A stretch of 62,925 nt of DNA from Pseudomonadota bacterium (GCA_043747645.1 JAYTOT010000093.1:1-62925), one strand, 5' to 3'. Positions 36,536-47,150 are shown, counted from the stretch's first letter. Numbers and translations are program-made. Notes: generated by a model from the letters alone, not told the origin.

Positions 36536-37048
36536 TTACTCTTGTTCAGTTAAGGGAACAGGAACTGGAATGGGGCGTGGACGAGGGCGTGGTGGAATGG
36601 GGAGTGGGCGAGGACCACTCACTTGGCATTCTGCATAAGTGAAATAAGGGCCCTGAACGGGGTCTAAGGTGTGTTGAATGGCAACACTAAAGCCAGGCAC
36701 TGAAAAGTCGACTTTAAGGCCCAAAACCGACGCAGGCACATCGTAAAAGCGGTGACCTAAGCCAGCGCCTTCAGAAACCAATTTTGCATCGCGCAAAAGC
36801 AATTGACTTCGTCCTGTTCCAGCAACAGTTGAGATTACGTCGAGCTTTAAATGTTCAGTATAAGGCTCTACTGTTTCGCCATCTGACAATAAATCGCCCA
36901 TTCCAGTGAGCACGTACTGAAACGATGTGCCGCTGCCAAGGGCCAATTGAGATGAACACGAAAAATGCACAGGGCGCATTGCAAGTGCCGGACTTGAAAG
37001 GCTTAAAGCCATTGGCAAAGCAGAAAGGCTTAAAAGAAATTTTTTCAT
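36536..37048 (-). CDS. secreted hypothetical protein with a proline-rich C-terminus
   Basis: Signal peptide MKKFLLSLSALPMALSLSSPALA. C-terminal PRPLPIPPRPRPRPIPVPVP. Confidence 0.3.
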   Translation of the reverse strand: MKKFLLSLSALPMALSLSSPALAMRPVHFSCSSQLALGSGTSFQYVLTGMGDLLSDGETVEPYTEHLKLDVISTVAGTGRSQLLLRDAKLVSEGAGLGHRFYDVPASVLGLKVDFSVPGFSVAIQHTLDPVQGPYFTYAECQVSGPRPLPIPPRPRPRPIPVPVPLTEQE

Positions 37049-37253
37049 GTCGCTACTCCTAGGGGGACTCCCCTTTTTATTGTCTTTGGCCACACATATG
37101 GCGCAATAAAAAAGTAACTAGAATCATGCGCAGAGTCAAGTTTTTTGGGTATCGAAAAATGACGATGTGCTAAAAAGTGTGTACCTGGTGGGATACACAA
37201 TAAATATTTAATAAAAGCATGTTGTTACATGAAAAGTAGGTCATATTGAAATA

Positions 37254-38654
37254 CTAAAGACGATCGAGTGCCACGACTTCTTGAACACTTTCAACAGGAA
37301 AGAGTTGGATTTCCCGCTCCCCACGCATTGCGAGGTCTACTAATATTTTACGTTCTTGCTTAAAGTTACTGGCGGGCAAATAGATGCGGTCGAACCCAAG
37401 CTTGAGTGCTTCTTGCACTCTTAAAGCGGCATGGCTCGTGGCTCGAATTTCGCCAGAGAGCCCGACTTCGCCAAAAAACGCAAAGCGACCAGCCAAAGGT
37501 TTTTCGAATAATGACGAAGCTACAGCTGCCGCTAAAGCGAGATCGAGTGCGGGTTCGAATATTTTTAATCCGCCTGCAACGTTGGCATAAATATCATTTG
37601 TAGCTAGATGCAACCCAGCGCGCTTTTCGAGCACGGCTATTAAAATAGAAAATCTGTTTTGATCGAGGCCTGTGACAGTACGGCGAGGCACACTAAATGA
37701 AGTTCGGCCTACCAGAGATTGAATTTCGACTAGCAAGGGGCGTGTGCCTTCTACACTTACTGCTACTGCAGAGCCCGCCACTCCTGCACGGTGACCTTCT
37801 AAAAAGAGGGCGCTGGGATTTGCCACATCTTTGAGTCCGTTCATATGCATTGCAAAAACGCCGATTTCGCCTGTGGATCCGAACCTATTTTTAACGGCAC
37901 GTAAAATACGGTGACCACTTGTGGCGTCGCCTTCTAAATAAAGCACGGTATCGACCAGATGTTCCAACGCTTTAGGGCCAGCTATGTGTCCTTCCTTTGT
38001 GACGTGCCCAATAATAAGCGTGATGATGTCTTTTGATTTGGCGTGATTCATAAGGCGAGAGGTGCAGTCGCGCACCTGTGAAACAGCTCCGGGGCCTGCC
38101 GATAAGTCGGCAGACGACACGGTTTGAATAGAATCTACGACTAAAACATCTGGTTTTAGAGAGTCAGAGGCTTCAAGAATAGTGTCGAGGCTCGTTTCGT
38201 TTGAAATGAGAATGTTCGGATTTAAAGTACCAAGGCGTTCGGCGCGAAGTTTAATTTGCTCGTTACTTTCTTCGCCCGATGCATACAAAACTTTGTAACC
38301 TTGGCATGCTAGACCATGCAGTGCTTGCAAAAGTAATGTCGATTTTCCAACGCCCGGGTCGCCCGAAAGTAAAATCATGCTGCCGCGTACGAGTCCGCCG
38401 CCCACAACTCTGTCGAGCTCCGGAAGTCCGCAAAAAATGCGGGGTTGTGGTCGCATTTCTATCTGAGTAATAGGCGTAGGGGCGTTGTTATTTTTAGATT
38501 GTGTGCGGCCAGAAACGTTGTTCGAGGATTGAGTAGAAGCAACAGATTCTTCAGAAAACGAATTCCAGGCGTCGCATTCAGGGCAACGCCCCATCCATTT
38601 TGGTTGTTGACAGCCACACTGGGCACATACAAATATAGTTTTTTTTATTTTCAT
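37254..38654 (-). CDS. radA: DNA repair protein RadA/Sms
   Basis: N-terminal C4 zinc finger CAQCGCQQPKWMGRCPECDAW. RecA-like Walker A GDPGVGKST. KNRFG motif. Lon-like C-terminal domain. Confidence 0.9.
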   Translation of the reverse strand: MKIKKTIFVCAQCGCQQPKWMGRCPECDAWNSFSEESVASTQSSNNVSGRTQSKNNNAPTPITQIEMRPQPRIFCGLPELDRVVGGGLVRGSMILLSGDPGVGKSTLLLQALHGLACQGYKVLYASGEESNEQIKLRAERLGTLNPNILISNETSLDTILEASDSLKPDVLVVDSIQTVSSADLSAGPGAVSQVRDCTSRLMNHAKSKDIITLIIGHVTKEGHIAGPKALEHLVDTVLYLEGDATSGHRILRAVKNRFGSTGEIGVFAMHMNGLKDVANPSALFLEGHRAGVAGSAVAVSVEGTRPLLVEIQSLVGRTSFSVPRRTVTGLDQNRFSILIAVLEKRAGLHLATNDIYANVAGGLKIFEPALDLALAAAVASSLFEKPLAGRFAFFGEVGLSGEIRATSHAALRVQEALKLGFDRIYLPASNFKQERKILVDLAMRGEREIQLFPVESVQEVVALDRL

Positions 38655-40003
38655 GGTAATTCTCTTGCGGGAAGGCGTTCAAAAAATGCGATGGTTTCGT
38701 AATGCACTGTTTGCGCAAAAGCATCGATGAGCGTTATGGATTTGAGTCGAAATCCTTGTTGAATAAGCACTGCGCCATCACGAGCCAAACTTGCTGCGTC
38801 GCAGGCAACGTAACAAATAAGTGCATTTTCGGAAGACATCAAATTGCACAATTGAAGAGTAGGGAGTTGTCCTAAGCCAGTGCGCGGAGGGTCGGCGATT
38901 ACAATTTGTGGTCTGTCTGATTGTTGAATTTGGTTTTTTTCGAATTGATTTAAAAACTCCAGAACATCTGATTCCACAACTTTAACTTGCGCATTTTTGT
39001 GATTCAATGCTGCAGATTTTGTGGCAGGACCAACGCCTTCAACGGCAATGGAGACGCATGGAATTAATTTTTGAGCTGCAATATTCTGAACCAAATTTGA
39101 AAATGTTCCCGAGCCTGAATACAAATCCCAGGTAGAAACGGATGTTGATAATTGAGTCGATTCATGAGGGATATGTGTTGATGATTGCGAAAAATACTGA
39201 GATATTGCGTTCGAAATGATTGGCACATAAATACTGTGTGCATCGACGTGCGGTTGCACAAAACTGTTTTTGTGAATCTGATAATGTTCGATTTGCGGAT
39301 GCGCAATTTGAAATAAATCAGCTGTTTCAATTTCAAATTTTTTAGAAATTTCTTCCGTGACTTTGTTTCTGATTTGCTTTAAAGAATTTTTGTGAGTTTC
39401 GCTAAAAAATTCCATTGAAATTTTCTGATTTTTTGTACATGTGATTTCGACTGAGAGTTGTGCCTGTGCTGCATGCTGGATTAAAGATGATTCTAAGGTA
39501 GAAAGAATATCTGTTATTTTTTCTACCGGTAAAATGCAGTGCTTTGCCGTTACAATTTGATGCGATTTTGTTTGAAAATAACCAAGTGTTTTTCCGTCAA
39601 AATGAAGGCGTACGCGTTGTCGATAATTTATAGCTTTTGGTCTTATGATATCTAGTTTTTGCTGTGCAATATCGAGTTGTTCTTGAGGCCATCTCCCCAG
39701 TCGGCGCAGAGTTTCGTGCAGCCATTGTACTTTAAATTCCGTCTGATTAATTTCTGGCAGATGTTGCAGTTGGCAGCCACCGCATTTTTCAAATACCGGA
39801 CATGGAGCAGGGCGTCGCATTGAATTAGGAGTTTCAATTGCAACAAGGGTTCCTTCGCAATGATTTTTCTTTGATTTCTGCAAATTTACGACGACAGTTT
39901 CTTGGGGCAAAACTCTTTCCACAAATACAACTTTGCCATCGGGCAATCGAGATATGCCTTTACCGTCGGTGGTAAGAGCAGTGAAATTTAAAGTAACAGA
40001 CAT
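38651..40003 (-). CDS. 23S rRNA (uracil-C5)-methyltransferase, RlmD/RumA family (TRAM + 4Fe-4S + SAM MTase)
   Basis: N-terminal TRAM-like region, cysteine cluster CPVFEKCGGCQLQH, and MTase motif IVIADPPRTG. Confidence 0.8.
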   Translation of the reverse strand: MSVTLNFTALTTDGKGISRLPDGKVVFVERVLPQETVVVNLQKSKKNHCEGTLVAIETPNSMRRPAPCPVFEKCGGCQLQHLPEINQTEFKVQWLHETLRRLGRWPQEQLDIAQQKLDIIRPKAINYRQRVRLHFDGKTLGYFQTKSHQIVTAKHCILPVEKITDILSTLESSLIQHAAQAQLSVEITCTKNQKISMEFFSETHKNSLKQIRNKVTEEISKKFEIETADLFQIAHPQIEHYQIHKNSFVQPHVDAHSIYVPIISNAISQYFSQSSTHIPHESTQLSTSVSTWDLYSGSGTFSNLVQNIAAQKLIPCVSIAVEGVGPATKSAALNHKNAQVKVVESDVLEFLNQFEKNQIQQSDRPQIVIADPPRTGLGQLPTLQLCNLMSSENALICYVACDAASLARDGAVLIQQGFRLKSITLIDAFAQTVHYETIAFFERLPARELP

Positions 40004-40085
40004 ACTGAATCCCTTTGAATTGAACCGAGGCGGGCGTACTCTGTTTGCTTCGCTGGCGCACCCTTATTACAGGAGAGTTCTTAGC

Positions 40086-43000
40086 ATGACTTCATCAAAT
40101 AATATCCCTCATCCTCCCCGAAAACCTTTTATAGGTAATTTGCCCCAAGTGATGGGCGACGAAACCATTCAGCAAATGATTAAGCTTTCGGCTCAATTCG
40201 ACGGTATTTTTGAAATTTTATTGCCAGGCGCCCGCTTTGCAGTGGTGTCGAATGCAGCACTCATCGAAGAGCTCTGCGATGAAAGCCGTTTTGGAAAATT
40301 TGTAGGTGGTGCACTTGCCGAAGTGAGAAATTTAGCTGGTGATGGTCTTTTTACTGCGCATTCGCACGAACCCAATTGGAATAAAGCACATAATATTCTT
40401 GCTCCTGGCTTTGGCATGAAGTCTATGAAAGAATATTTGCCAACCATGATTAAAATTGCCAGACAGCTCACAGAAAAATGGAGTCGGGTGGGTATTAATG
40501 GGGTTAATGTTGTCGACGATATGACCCGTCTGACACTCGAAACCATTTCGATGTGCGGATTTGATTATACTTTTCATTCCTTTGAAGGTGAAAAGCTTCA
40601 TCCTTTTTTAGACGCCATGGTAAATACTCTCTCTGAATCTATGCGGCGCGTGAAAAGACTGAAGGTGCAAAAATACTTTGCGTTTAAGGCGAATCGTAAA
40701 TTTGAAGACGACATTAAATTTATGCACAGCTTGGTTGACGATGTTATTAATGAGCGACTTAAAAATAGCGAAAAATATAAGGGCAAATTAGATTTTTTAA
40801 GTCTCATGCTCGATGGCATTGATAGGAAAACTGGTACAAAACTCGATTATACCAATATCAGATTTCAACTTTTAACATTTTTAATTGCTGGCCACGAAAC
40901 AACAAGTGGTATGCTTTCGTTTAGCATTTACAACCTTATTAAGCATCCGAATATTTTGGCTCAAGCAATTGCCGAAGTAGATTCCGTTTTAGGCCGAGAT
41001 TTAAATCGGGATATTACTTTTAAAGATGTTTCTGATTTAAAATTGATTGGACGCATTTTAAATGAATCTTTGCGACTGTATCCCACAGCTCCTGCATTTG
41101 CAGTGTCGCCTCAGCAAGAGCAGACAATAGGCGGAAAATATAAATTTTTACCAGGCGAACGAGCCTTAGTTCTTACTTATATGTTGCACCGTGATAAAAG
41201 TGTTTGGGGCGAAAACGCCGATAAATTTAATCCCGATAATTTTTTACATGAAAACGAAAAGCTCAGGCCTTCTCACGCTTTCCGACCCTTCGGAAACGGC
41301 ATGAGAGCGTGTATTGGGCGGCATTTTGCGATGGTTGAAGCAACAATTGCTTTGGCAATGGTATTGCAACGCTTTAAGCTAGAAGACTCTTGGAATTACA
41401 AGCTAGAAATTAAAGAAGCTCTCACATTAAAGCCAAATGAGTTTAAAATAAAGGCCATTGAGAGGACAGACTGCGTTAATCTCGTTTCTGGTGATGCCTC
41501 TGGCACTGCAGTGATTCAAAATTTAAATACAACGCAAAATTTAAATACAACGCAAAAAAAGTTGGACACTCAAAAATTAAATCCTCAAAAAATTGAGAGT
41601 CACAACACCCCTCTTGCAATATTGTTCGGCTCAAATATGGGATCTTGTGAAGATTTTGCAGATAATATTGCATCTAAGGCACGAAAACTCGGCTTTATTG
41701 TTAGTGTTGCTGAGCTCGACGACATGCTAGAAGGATTGCCAAAAACTGGCGCAGTATTGATTTTGACGTCGACATATAACGGAAATGCACCAGATAATGC
41801 TTTAAAATTTGCAAAAAGTATTGCGCAAAATAATTTCGATGCGCAAGGCGCCAGCGTTTGTGTCTTAGGTGTTGGAAACACTCAGTGGAAAACTTTCCAG
41901 GCATTTCCGCGCTTTATTATGGAACATTTAACGCGACATCACGCAAATGTATTTATGGCCCCTGGCGAAATTGATGTTAACAACGATTTTGAAGGCGATT
42001 TTGAAAAGTGGAAAAAGGGATTTTGGAGTCAGTTGCAACAAATTTTTGATCTGAAATTTAACGAAGATGCTGCAAAAGATGATGCAATTTATAGAGTCGA
42101 GTATTTATCTCGAGAAACTTTTCGGCCACTCCATGCTGAATACGATGCTGTTCCCGTAGTTATGACTCACAATTCTGAACTTCAAAGAGTTGGTGGGCAC
42201 GATGGCTCCGAACGGAGCACCAGGCATATTGAATTTAAATTGCCGAAAGATATGAACTATAATATTGGAGATCACTTAGGTGTTTTTTCGAAAAATAGAG
42301 AGGGTTTGGTTCAGGCCATAGCAGCAAGGTTTCATTTGCCAGTAGAGTCTTATATTAAATTACACCTTTCAGGCCAAGAAAAAACTCATTTGCCCATGGG
42401 ACAGGCAATTTCAGTCTTTAGAATACTCACGGAATATTTGGAGCTTCAAGATGTCGCTTCACGCAAAAGTGTTGAAATTTTATCGCAATTTACTAATAAT
42501 TCTGAACATTTGGAAACGTTAAACTTATGGAGCTGGGAAACAAATGAAGGTGAAGAACTTTATCAGAAAGAAGTGCGAGAAAAACGCCGCAGTGTGTTTG
42601 GCCTATTGTTACTTTTCCCGAGTGTTCAATTGCCTTTTGAAAAATACCTCGAAATGTGCCCTGCGATTCGACCTCGGTTCTATTCTATTTCGAGTTCTCC
42701 GCTCAACAGAGAAGACTCACTTTCAATCACTGTTGGAGTTGTGAGCGGAAATGATTTGGCAGAAAATGGTACATTTAAAGGAGTTTGTTCGTATTATTTA
42801 GCAACGCGAGTGCCTGGAGAACATGTTTATGCGTTTGTGAGATCGCCAGCAGTGCCGTTTGTTCTTCCAAATGACCTAACAAAACCTGTAATTATGGTTG
42901 GACCCGGCACGGGATTGGCTCCTTTCAGAGGCTTTTTACAAGAGCGTGCTGCTTTAAAGAAACAAGGCAAAAAATTGGGCACTGCTCTGCTATTTTTTGG

Positions 43001-43349
43001 TTGCCGCAAGCCAGAGCACGATTTCATTTATGAAAAAGAAATCAGAGACTTTGCCAGCGAAAATTTGTGTCAATTATTCACTGCTTTTTCGCACATTCCC
43101 GAGCCGGAATTTCCGTTTGTGCAAAATCGAATTTGGCAAAATCGTGACCAAGTTTACAAATTGCTAGAGGCAGGGGCATCTATTTATGTTTGTGGCGATG
43201 GAATGTTTATGGCGCCAGATGTGCGAAAAACTTTTGCAAAAATATGGGAAGAAAAATCGGGGTGCACTGCCCACGAGGCCGAAGTCTGGGTTTGCGAGCG
43301 CGAGCAAAATGGCCAGTATTTGAGCGATGTGTTTGGACAAAAAAATTAG
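40086..43349 (+). CDS. self-sufficient cytochrome P450 fused to an NADPH-P450 reductase (CYP102 / P450-BM3-like)
   Basis: The N-terminus aligns by eye with BM3 (EACDESRF, AGDGLFT, NWKKAHNIL-like). Heme loop FRPFGNGMRACIGRHFA. Then a flavodoxin-like FMN domain (AILFGSNMGSCEDFA) and an FAD/NADPH ferredoxin-reductase domain (RFYSISSSP, GPGTGLAPFRGF). 18-bp tandem repeat in the interdomain linker at 41517-41552. ATG at 40086 chosen. Confidence 0.95.
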   Translation: MTSSNNIPHPPRKPFIGNLPQVMGDETIQQMIKLSAQFDGIFEILLPGARFAVVSNAALIEELCDESRFGKFVGGALAEVRNLAGDGLFTAHSHEPNWNKAHNILAPGFGMKSMKEYLPTMIKIARQLTEKWSRVGINGVNVVDDMTRLTLETISMCGFDYTFHSFEGEKLHPFLDAMVNTLSESMRRVKRLKVQKYFAFKANRKFEDDIKFMHSLVDDVINERLKNSEKYKGKLDFLSLMLDGIDRKTGTKLDYTNIRFQLLTFLIAGHETTSGMLSFSIYNLIKHPNILAQAIAEVDSVLGRDLNRDITFKDVSDLKLIGRILNESLRLYPTAPAFAVSPQQEQTIGGKYKFLPGERALVLTYMLHRDKSVWGENADKFNPDNFLHENEKLRPSHAFRPFGNGMRACIGRHFAMVEATIALAMVLQRFKLEDSWNYKLEIKEALTLKPNEFKIKAIERTDCVNLVSGDASGTAVIQNLNTTQNLNTTQKKLDTQKLNPQKIESHNTPLAILFGSNMGSCEDFADNIASKARKLGFIVSVAELDDMLEGLPKTGAVLILTSTYNGNAPDNALKFAKSIAQNNFDAQGASVCVLGVGNTQWKTFQAFPRFIMEHLTRHHANVFMAPGEIDVNNDFEGDFEKWKKGFWSQLQQIFDLKFNEDAAKDDAIYRVEYLSRETFRPLHAEYDAVPVVMTHNSELQRVGGHDGSERSTRHIEFKLPKDMNYNIGDHLGVFSKNREGLVQAIAARFHLPVESYIKLHLSGQEKTHLPMGQAISVFRILTEYLELQDVASRKSVEILSQFTNNSEHLETLNLWSWETNEGEELYQKEVREKRRSVFGLLLLFPSVQLPFEKYLEMCPAIRPRFYSISSSPLNREDSLSITVGVVSGNDLAENGTFKGVCSYYLATRVPGEHVYAFVRSPAVPFVLPNDLTKPVIMVGPGTGLAPFRGFLQERAALKKQGKKLGTALLFFGCRKPEHDFIYEKEIRDFASENLCQLFTAFSHIPEPEFPFVQNRIWQNRDQVYKLLEAGASIYVCGDGMFMAPDVRKTFAKIWEEKSGCTAHEAEVWVCEREQNGQYLSDVFGQKN
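41517..41552. repeat. 18-bp perfect tandem repeat (2 copies) in the P450-reductase interdomain linker
   Basis: CAAAATTTAAATACAACG x2, encoding QNLNTT-QNLNTT. Confidence 0.85.
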
Positions 43350-43431
43350 TGTTTATGTACATTTTTGAATAGTATGTGCATTGTGACCTATGAAGTGATT
43401 TTGAGTCCTGAGAAATATGTGAAAGGACAAT

Positions 43432-43623
43432 ATGACCCTTGTAGAGATTTTTATTGTTGGAATTTTTATTTTTCTTGTTTACTTGGCGCTTGGGCCGATT
43501 CAAAGAAAGATAGAGAGAAAGATTTTAAATATGACTAAAAAAAGCCGCCGCAGTGCGGATTATGCCGATTTAATAGATATCACTAATTACAAATCCGATT
43601 CTCAAAATAAGGAAAAACATTGA
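43432..43623 (+). CDS. small membrane protein (63 aa), translationally coupled to the SPFH gene
   Basis: Single TM IFIVGIFIFLVYLALG. Its stop overlaps the start of the next gene (ATTGATG). Confidence 0.25.
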   Translation: MTLVEIFIVGIFIFLVYLALGPIQRKIERKILNMTKKSRRSADYADLIDITNYKSDSQNKEKH

Positions 43624-44543
43624 TGAATTCACCTTTTCAAGATCCCTCGTTTGCACGTTTTGCCAGCCGGTTTATAACTGGTGCTATTGCTTTTGTAGCA
43701 ATTGTTTTGCTTATGAATTCTTTTTCTGTTGTCGCTCCCGGAAACACTGGGGTTATATTTAATGTCTGGACTGGGTCGTTGCGTACCGTGCCTCAAGGTA
43801 TGGCCATTCGTGTGCCATTTGTGAGTCAGGTGCAAAGTTATCCAACGGCCTTGCGCACTTATAGCATGGTGCGCAGGAGTGGCGAGGGCTCTGCAATTGG
43901 AGACGACAGCATCGATTTGCCAACGCGCGAAGGCCAGCACATCACGCAAGATATTTCTGTAACCTACAATACCTCCGAAGAGCAGGCAGCGGAAGTTTTT
44001 AAAGCATTCCGTGGTGCAGATATGTCTGAAATAGAAGCAACATTTATTCGCCGCACAATAATAACTGTGGCGCAAAATGTGGCGGGTCAAATGTCTCTGT
44101 CTGAAGTTATTTCATCAAAGAGAAACGCATTGCAAGATTCCATTCAAACTAATTTGTCGGCTGAATTGGTAAAAATGGGTTTTCATTTAGATAAAGTTAA
44201 TTTGGGAGCAAGCCATTTGCCTGCAAGTCTCGAGACTCAAATGCAAGCAAAAATGGCAGCACAACAGCAAGCGCAGCAAGCAGAATACGAGCTTCAAAAG
44301 CAACAAATGTTGGCTAAAGCCACAGTGGCAAAAGCAGAAGGCGAAGCACAATCTATAATTGTTCGCGCTAAAGCAGATGCAGAAGCAAACCGCATGTTGC
44401 AATCCACTTTGACATCTATATTAGTGCAAAATAAAACCATTGAAAAATGGGATGGTCATTTGCCGCAAGTGTCGGGGCATTCCAATCCTTTTGTGAGTAT
44501 TGGTGCACTCAATGGTGCAGCTGAATCTTCAAAGGGTAAATAA
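43620..44543 (+). CDS. SPFH/Band-7 (prohibitin/HflK-C-like) membrane protein with a Q/A-rich coiled-coil tail
   Basis: N-terminal TM, then the SPFH core (…VPQGMAIRVPFVSQVQSYPTALRTY…), then AQQQAQQAEYELQKQQMLAKATVAKAEGEAQ. Confidence 0.8.
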   Translation: MMNSPFQDPSFARFASRFITGAIAFVAIVLLMNSFSVVAPGNTGVIFNVWTGSLRTVPQGMAIRVPFVSQVQSYPTALRTYSMVRRSGEGSAIGDDSIDLPTREGQHITQDISVTYNTSEEQAAEVFKAFRGADMSEIEATFIRRTIITVAQNVAGQMSLSEVISSKRNALQDSIQTNLSAELVKMGFHLDKVNLGASHLPASLETQMQAKMAAQQQAQQAEYELQKQQMLAKATVAKAEGEAQSIIVRAKADAEANRMLQSTLTSILVQNKTIEKWDGHLPQVSGHSNPFVSIGALNGAAESSKGK

Positions 44544-44566
44544 AAATAATTACATATTGGCTTTAT

Positions 44567-45991
44567 TCAATAAGCATTAGGATGAATAAAGCCTTTGAAT
44601 GGCGTGAGAAGGCATATTTTAATGTCGACCCATAAGCTCCAATTTTGAATGTACCACAAATCGCATTCAATGCGTTTTTCGAGAGAAGTGTTGCCACGCC
44701 AACCGTTGATTTGCGCCCAACCCGTTATTCCAGCTTTGACTTTATGACGAGCCATATAGCCAGGAATATGATTGCGGAAGTCTTGCACAAAAACAGGTCT
44801 TTCGGGCCTCGGGCCAACAATGCTCATATCGCCACAAAGTACATTCCAAAATTGTGGAATTTCGTCGAGGCTCGATTTTCGTAAGAGTTTTCCAATAGCA
44901 GTTGTTCTGTCGTCATCTTTTTTAGCCCAAACGGGGCCAGTGTTTGTTTCGGCATTGTTGCGCATTCCTCTGAATTTGAGGCACCAAAAGATGTGCCCAT
45001 CGAGGCCCATGCGCTCTTGACGGTAAAAAATGGGCCCAGGGCTCGACAGTTTAACAAGAATAGAAAGAATAAAAAATATTGGAGAAAGCGCAATTAATGC
45101 ACAACTTGCAAACAAAATGTCGTAGGCTCGTTTTGTGAGTCTACCATAAGTGTCGAGGGTTGAAGCATTTAATGCGACGGCAGGAAGCCTGCCAAGCATA
45201 GTGATTTGCGAAGTTAAATAAGATGGTGTGCCAAAATCCGAAACCAATATGACTTCGGCAAGTGTGTTACCTAAGTTATTGAGTATTCCTTCGAGGTATT
45301 TACCTTCGTCAGGCTTTAGTGCCACAAAAATAACATCGAGCTGGCCATGAATCATTTGGTCAGCCACAGCTTCGGAATTGGATGCCGGAAAGGCAATGAT
45401 TTCTGCAATGGCCCAATCTGGCTGCGACTGAGCCATGTCTTCTATTTCCCGAGACACTGAACCTGAGCCTACAACGAGGGCTTTTAACGTGCGTTTGCCG
45501 CTGCGGAGTTGCATGCGTGAATATTTGCGCACAAAGCTGCGTCCGAAGGGCAATACAAGTGGCACAAAACAAAAGAAGAGCACTAAAGTAACACGACTGT
45601 AGCGGTGTTCGAATAAAAAATAGGTCGAAGTGACAAACACAAAAAATGCGAAAATATGACTGCGCGCCAAATCGAAATGCTCTTCCCATACTTTGCGACG
45701 GTGCAAGCTGCGGCGGTAAACTCCAGTAGAAATAAACACAAGCAAATAACTGAAAATGAGTAAAGGAATGAGCATGGCATAGGTGTCGAAATTGTCCGTT
45801 CCTTTAGGCATGGCAATGAGACCCAAATCGAATCGCACAAAAAAAGCAGCTATCCAGCAAAGTAAAACCAAAAACAAATCGGTGATAAATCGGATTATAT
45901 TTAAGGACTGTGCATACTTTTGAATTTTCAAAGTGCATCCATTTCGTAATTGATCAACTGTGATTGACAAGATTGATGATTGCCTGAGCAA
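44567..45991 (-). CDS. undecaprenyl-phosphate hexose-1-phosphate transferase (WbaP/ExoY-type bacterial sugar transferase, polyisoprenyl-phosphate glycosyltransferase)
   Basis: Multiple N-terminal TMs and the C-terminal catalytic domain motifs GPRPERPVFV and DLWYIQNWSLWVD. Confidence 0.85.
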   Translation of the reverse strand: MLRQSSILSITVDQLRNGCTLKIQKYAQSLNIIRFITDLFLVLLCWIAAFFVRFDLGLIAMPKGTDNFDTYAMLIPLLIFSYLLVFISTGVYRRSLHRRKVWEEHFDLARSHIFAFFVFVTSTYFLFEHRYSRVTLVLFFCFVPLVLPFGRSFVRKYSRMQLRSGKRTLKALVVGSGSVSREIEDMAQSQPDWAIAEIIAFPASNSEAVADQMIHGQLDVIFVALKPDEGKYLEGILNNLGNTLAEVILVSDFGTPSYLTSQITMLGRLPAVALNASTLDTYGRLTKRAYDILFASCALIALSPIFFILSILVKLSSPGPIFYRQERMGLDGHIFWCLKFRGMRNNAETNTGPVWAKKDDDRTTAIGKLLRKSSLDEIPQFWNVLCGDMSIVGPRPERPVFVQDFRNHIPGYMARHKVKAGITGWAQINGWRGNTSLEKRIECDLWYIQNWSLWVDIKICLLTPFKGFIHPNAY

Positions 45992-47150
45992 AACTCTCTT
46001 GAAATTGGCTCGTGCTGAATTGCTTGAGGTGGTTTTGAATTTGTTCTGTCATTATTTTAGAACCCGGTTTTTGAAGCGTTTCTAGCACAGTTTTAATCAT
46101 TTCTGTTTCGTTGTCGGCCTCAAATAGCGAGCCCGTGACTTCGGGCAAAATGGTTTCAGCTGTTCCGCCTTTGTTGGGTGCCACTACCCAAAGGCCTGCA
46201 GCTTGAGCTTCTACGGGAACAATTCCAAAATCTTCAACCCCCGGAAAAAGCAAAATGCGGCTGCGTGCATAAAGTTCTGCAACTTTTGCATCGGAAGGGT
46301 TTTCGAAAAATTGAATGTTTTTATTTGCGGAATATTGTTTTTTTGCTGTAGAAAATTCCTCGCCATTGCCTGCAGCAATGACCAGAATATTCAGTTCGAC
46401 TAAGAGATCGAGGGCACGTTTCATTTTTTTGTACGGGACCCATGCTCCAAACAAAAGAACTTCGGTGCCGATTATTGTCGATGAATTGCTGAGATGGTTA
46501 GAAGAATTCTGAGATTTTTCAAACCGAGCGATATCAACGGGCGGATAAATGACAATGCTTTTTCGCCCATAATAAAGACTGCAGCGTTTTGCAACGTAAG
46601 AACTGTTCGAAATAATTTGATGAATTCTAGTGGTAGAAACACAATCCCAAATGCGTAGACGCGACAAAATAATGCGGCGTAAAATTTCTAGTGGTCTTAA
46701 AATTGTAGCGGCTTTTTTAAAGTAACGGCGCTCTTGATCCCAGGCGTACCGCATGGGGCTGTGCACATAAGAAATGTGTTTGGCTGTGGGGTGGGGAATG
46801 ATTCCCTTTGCAACGCAATGAGAACTAGAAATTATAATGTCGTATTCAGACATATCGAGACTTTCGGCAGCCATGGGTAACAATGGCAAACACCATTTAT
46901 AATAGCGTTGAATGCCGGGCAATGAAGCTAAAAATGACTTAAAAATTTTTGTAGGTTGTTTGTTGAGTTTTAGAACTTCAGGAGTGCCAAACAGCAAATA
47001 GAGGTCTGCTTGGGGCAATAAATTGAGTATTTCTTCGAGTACTTTTTCGCCCCCACGTCGCGAAAAAAACCAATCGTGAACCACTGCAATTTTTTTATTG
47101 CTGAGAATTTCATGCAAATTAGTTTTGTGAGACGTGTTTTGCACACTCAT
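45954..47150 (-). CDS. GT4-family glycosyltransferase
   Basis: C-terminal GT4 motif FPGVEDFGIVPVEAQAAGLWVVAPNKGG (E-x7-E). Confidence 0.8.
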   Translation of the reverse strand: MSVQNTSHKTNLHEILSNKKIAVVHDWFFSRRGGEKVLEEILNLLPQADLYLLFGTPEVLKLNKQPTKIFKSFLASLPGIQRYYKWCLPLLPMAAESLDMSEYDIIISSSHCVAKGIIPHPTAKHISYVHSPMRYAWDQERRYFKKAATILRPLEILRRIILSRLRIWDCVSTTRIHQIISNSSYVAKRCSLYYGRKSIVIYPPVDIARFEKSQNSSNHLSNSSTIIGTEVLLFGAWVPYKKMKRALDLLVELNILVIAAGNGEEFSTAKKQYSANKNIQFFENPSDAKVAELYARSRILLFPGVEDFGIVPVEAQAAGLWVVAPNKGGTAETILPEVTGSLFEADNETEMIKTVLETLQKPGSKIMTEQIQNHLKQFSTSQFQESFAQAIINLVNHS

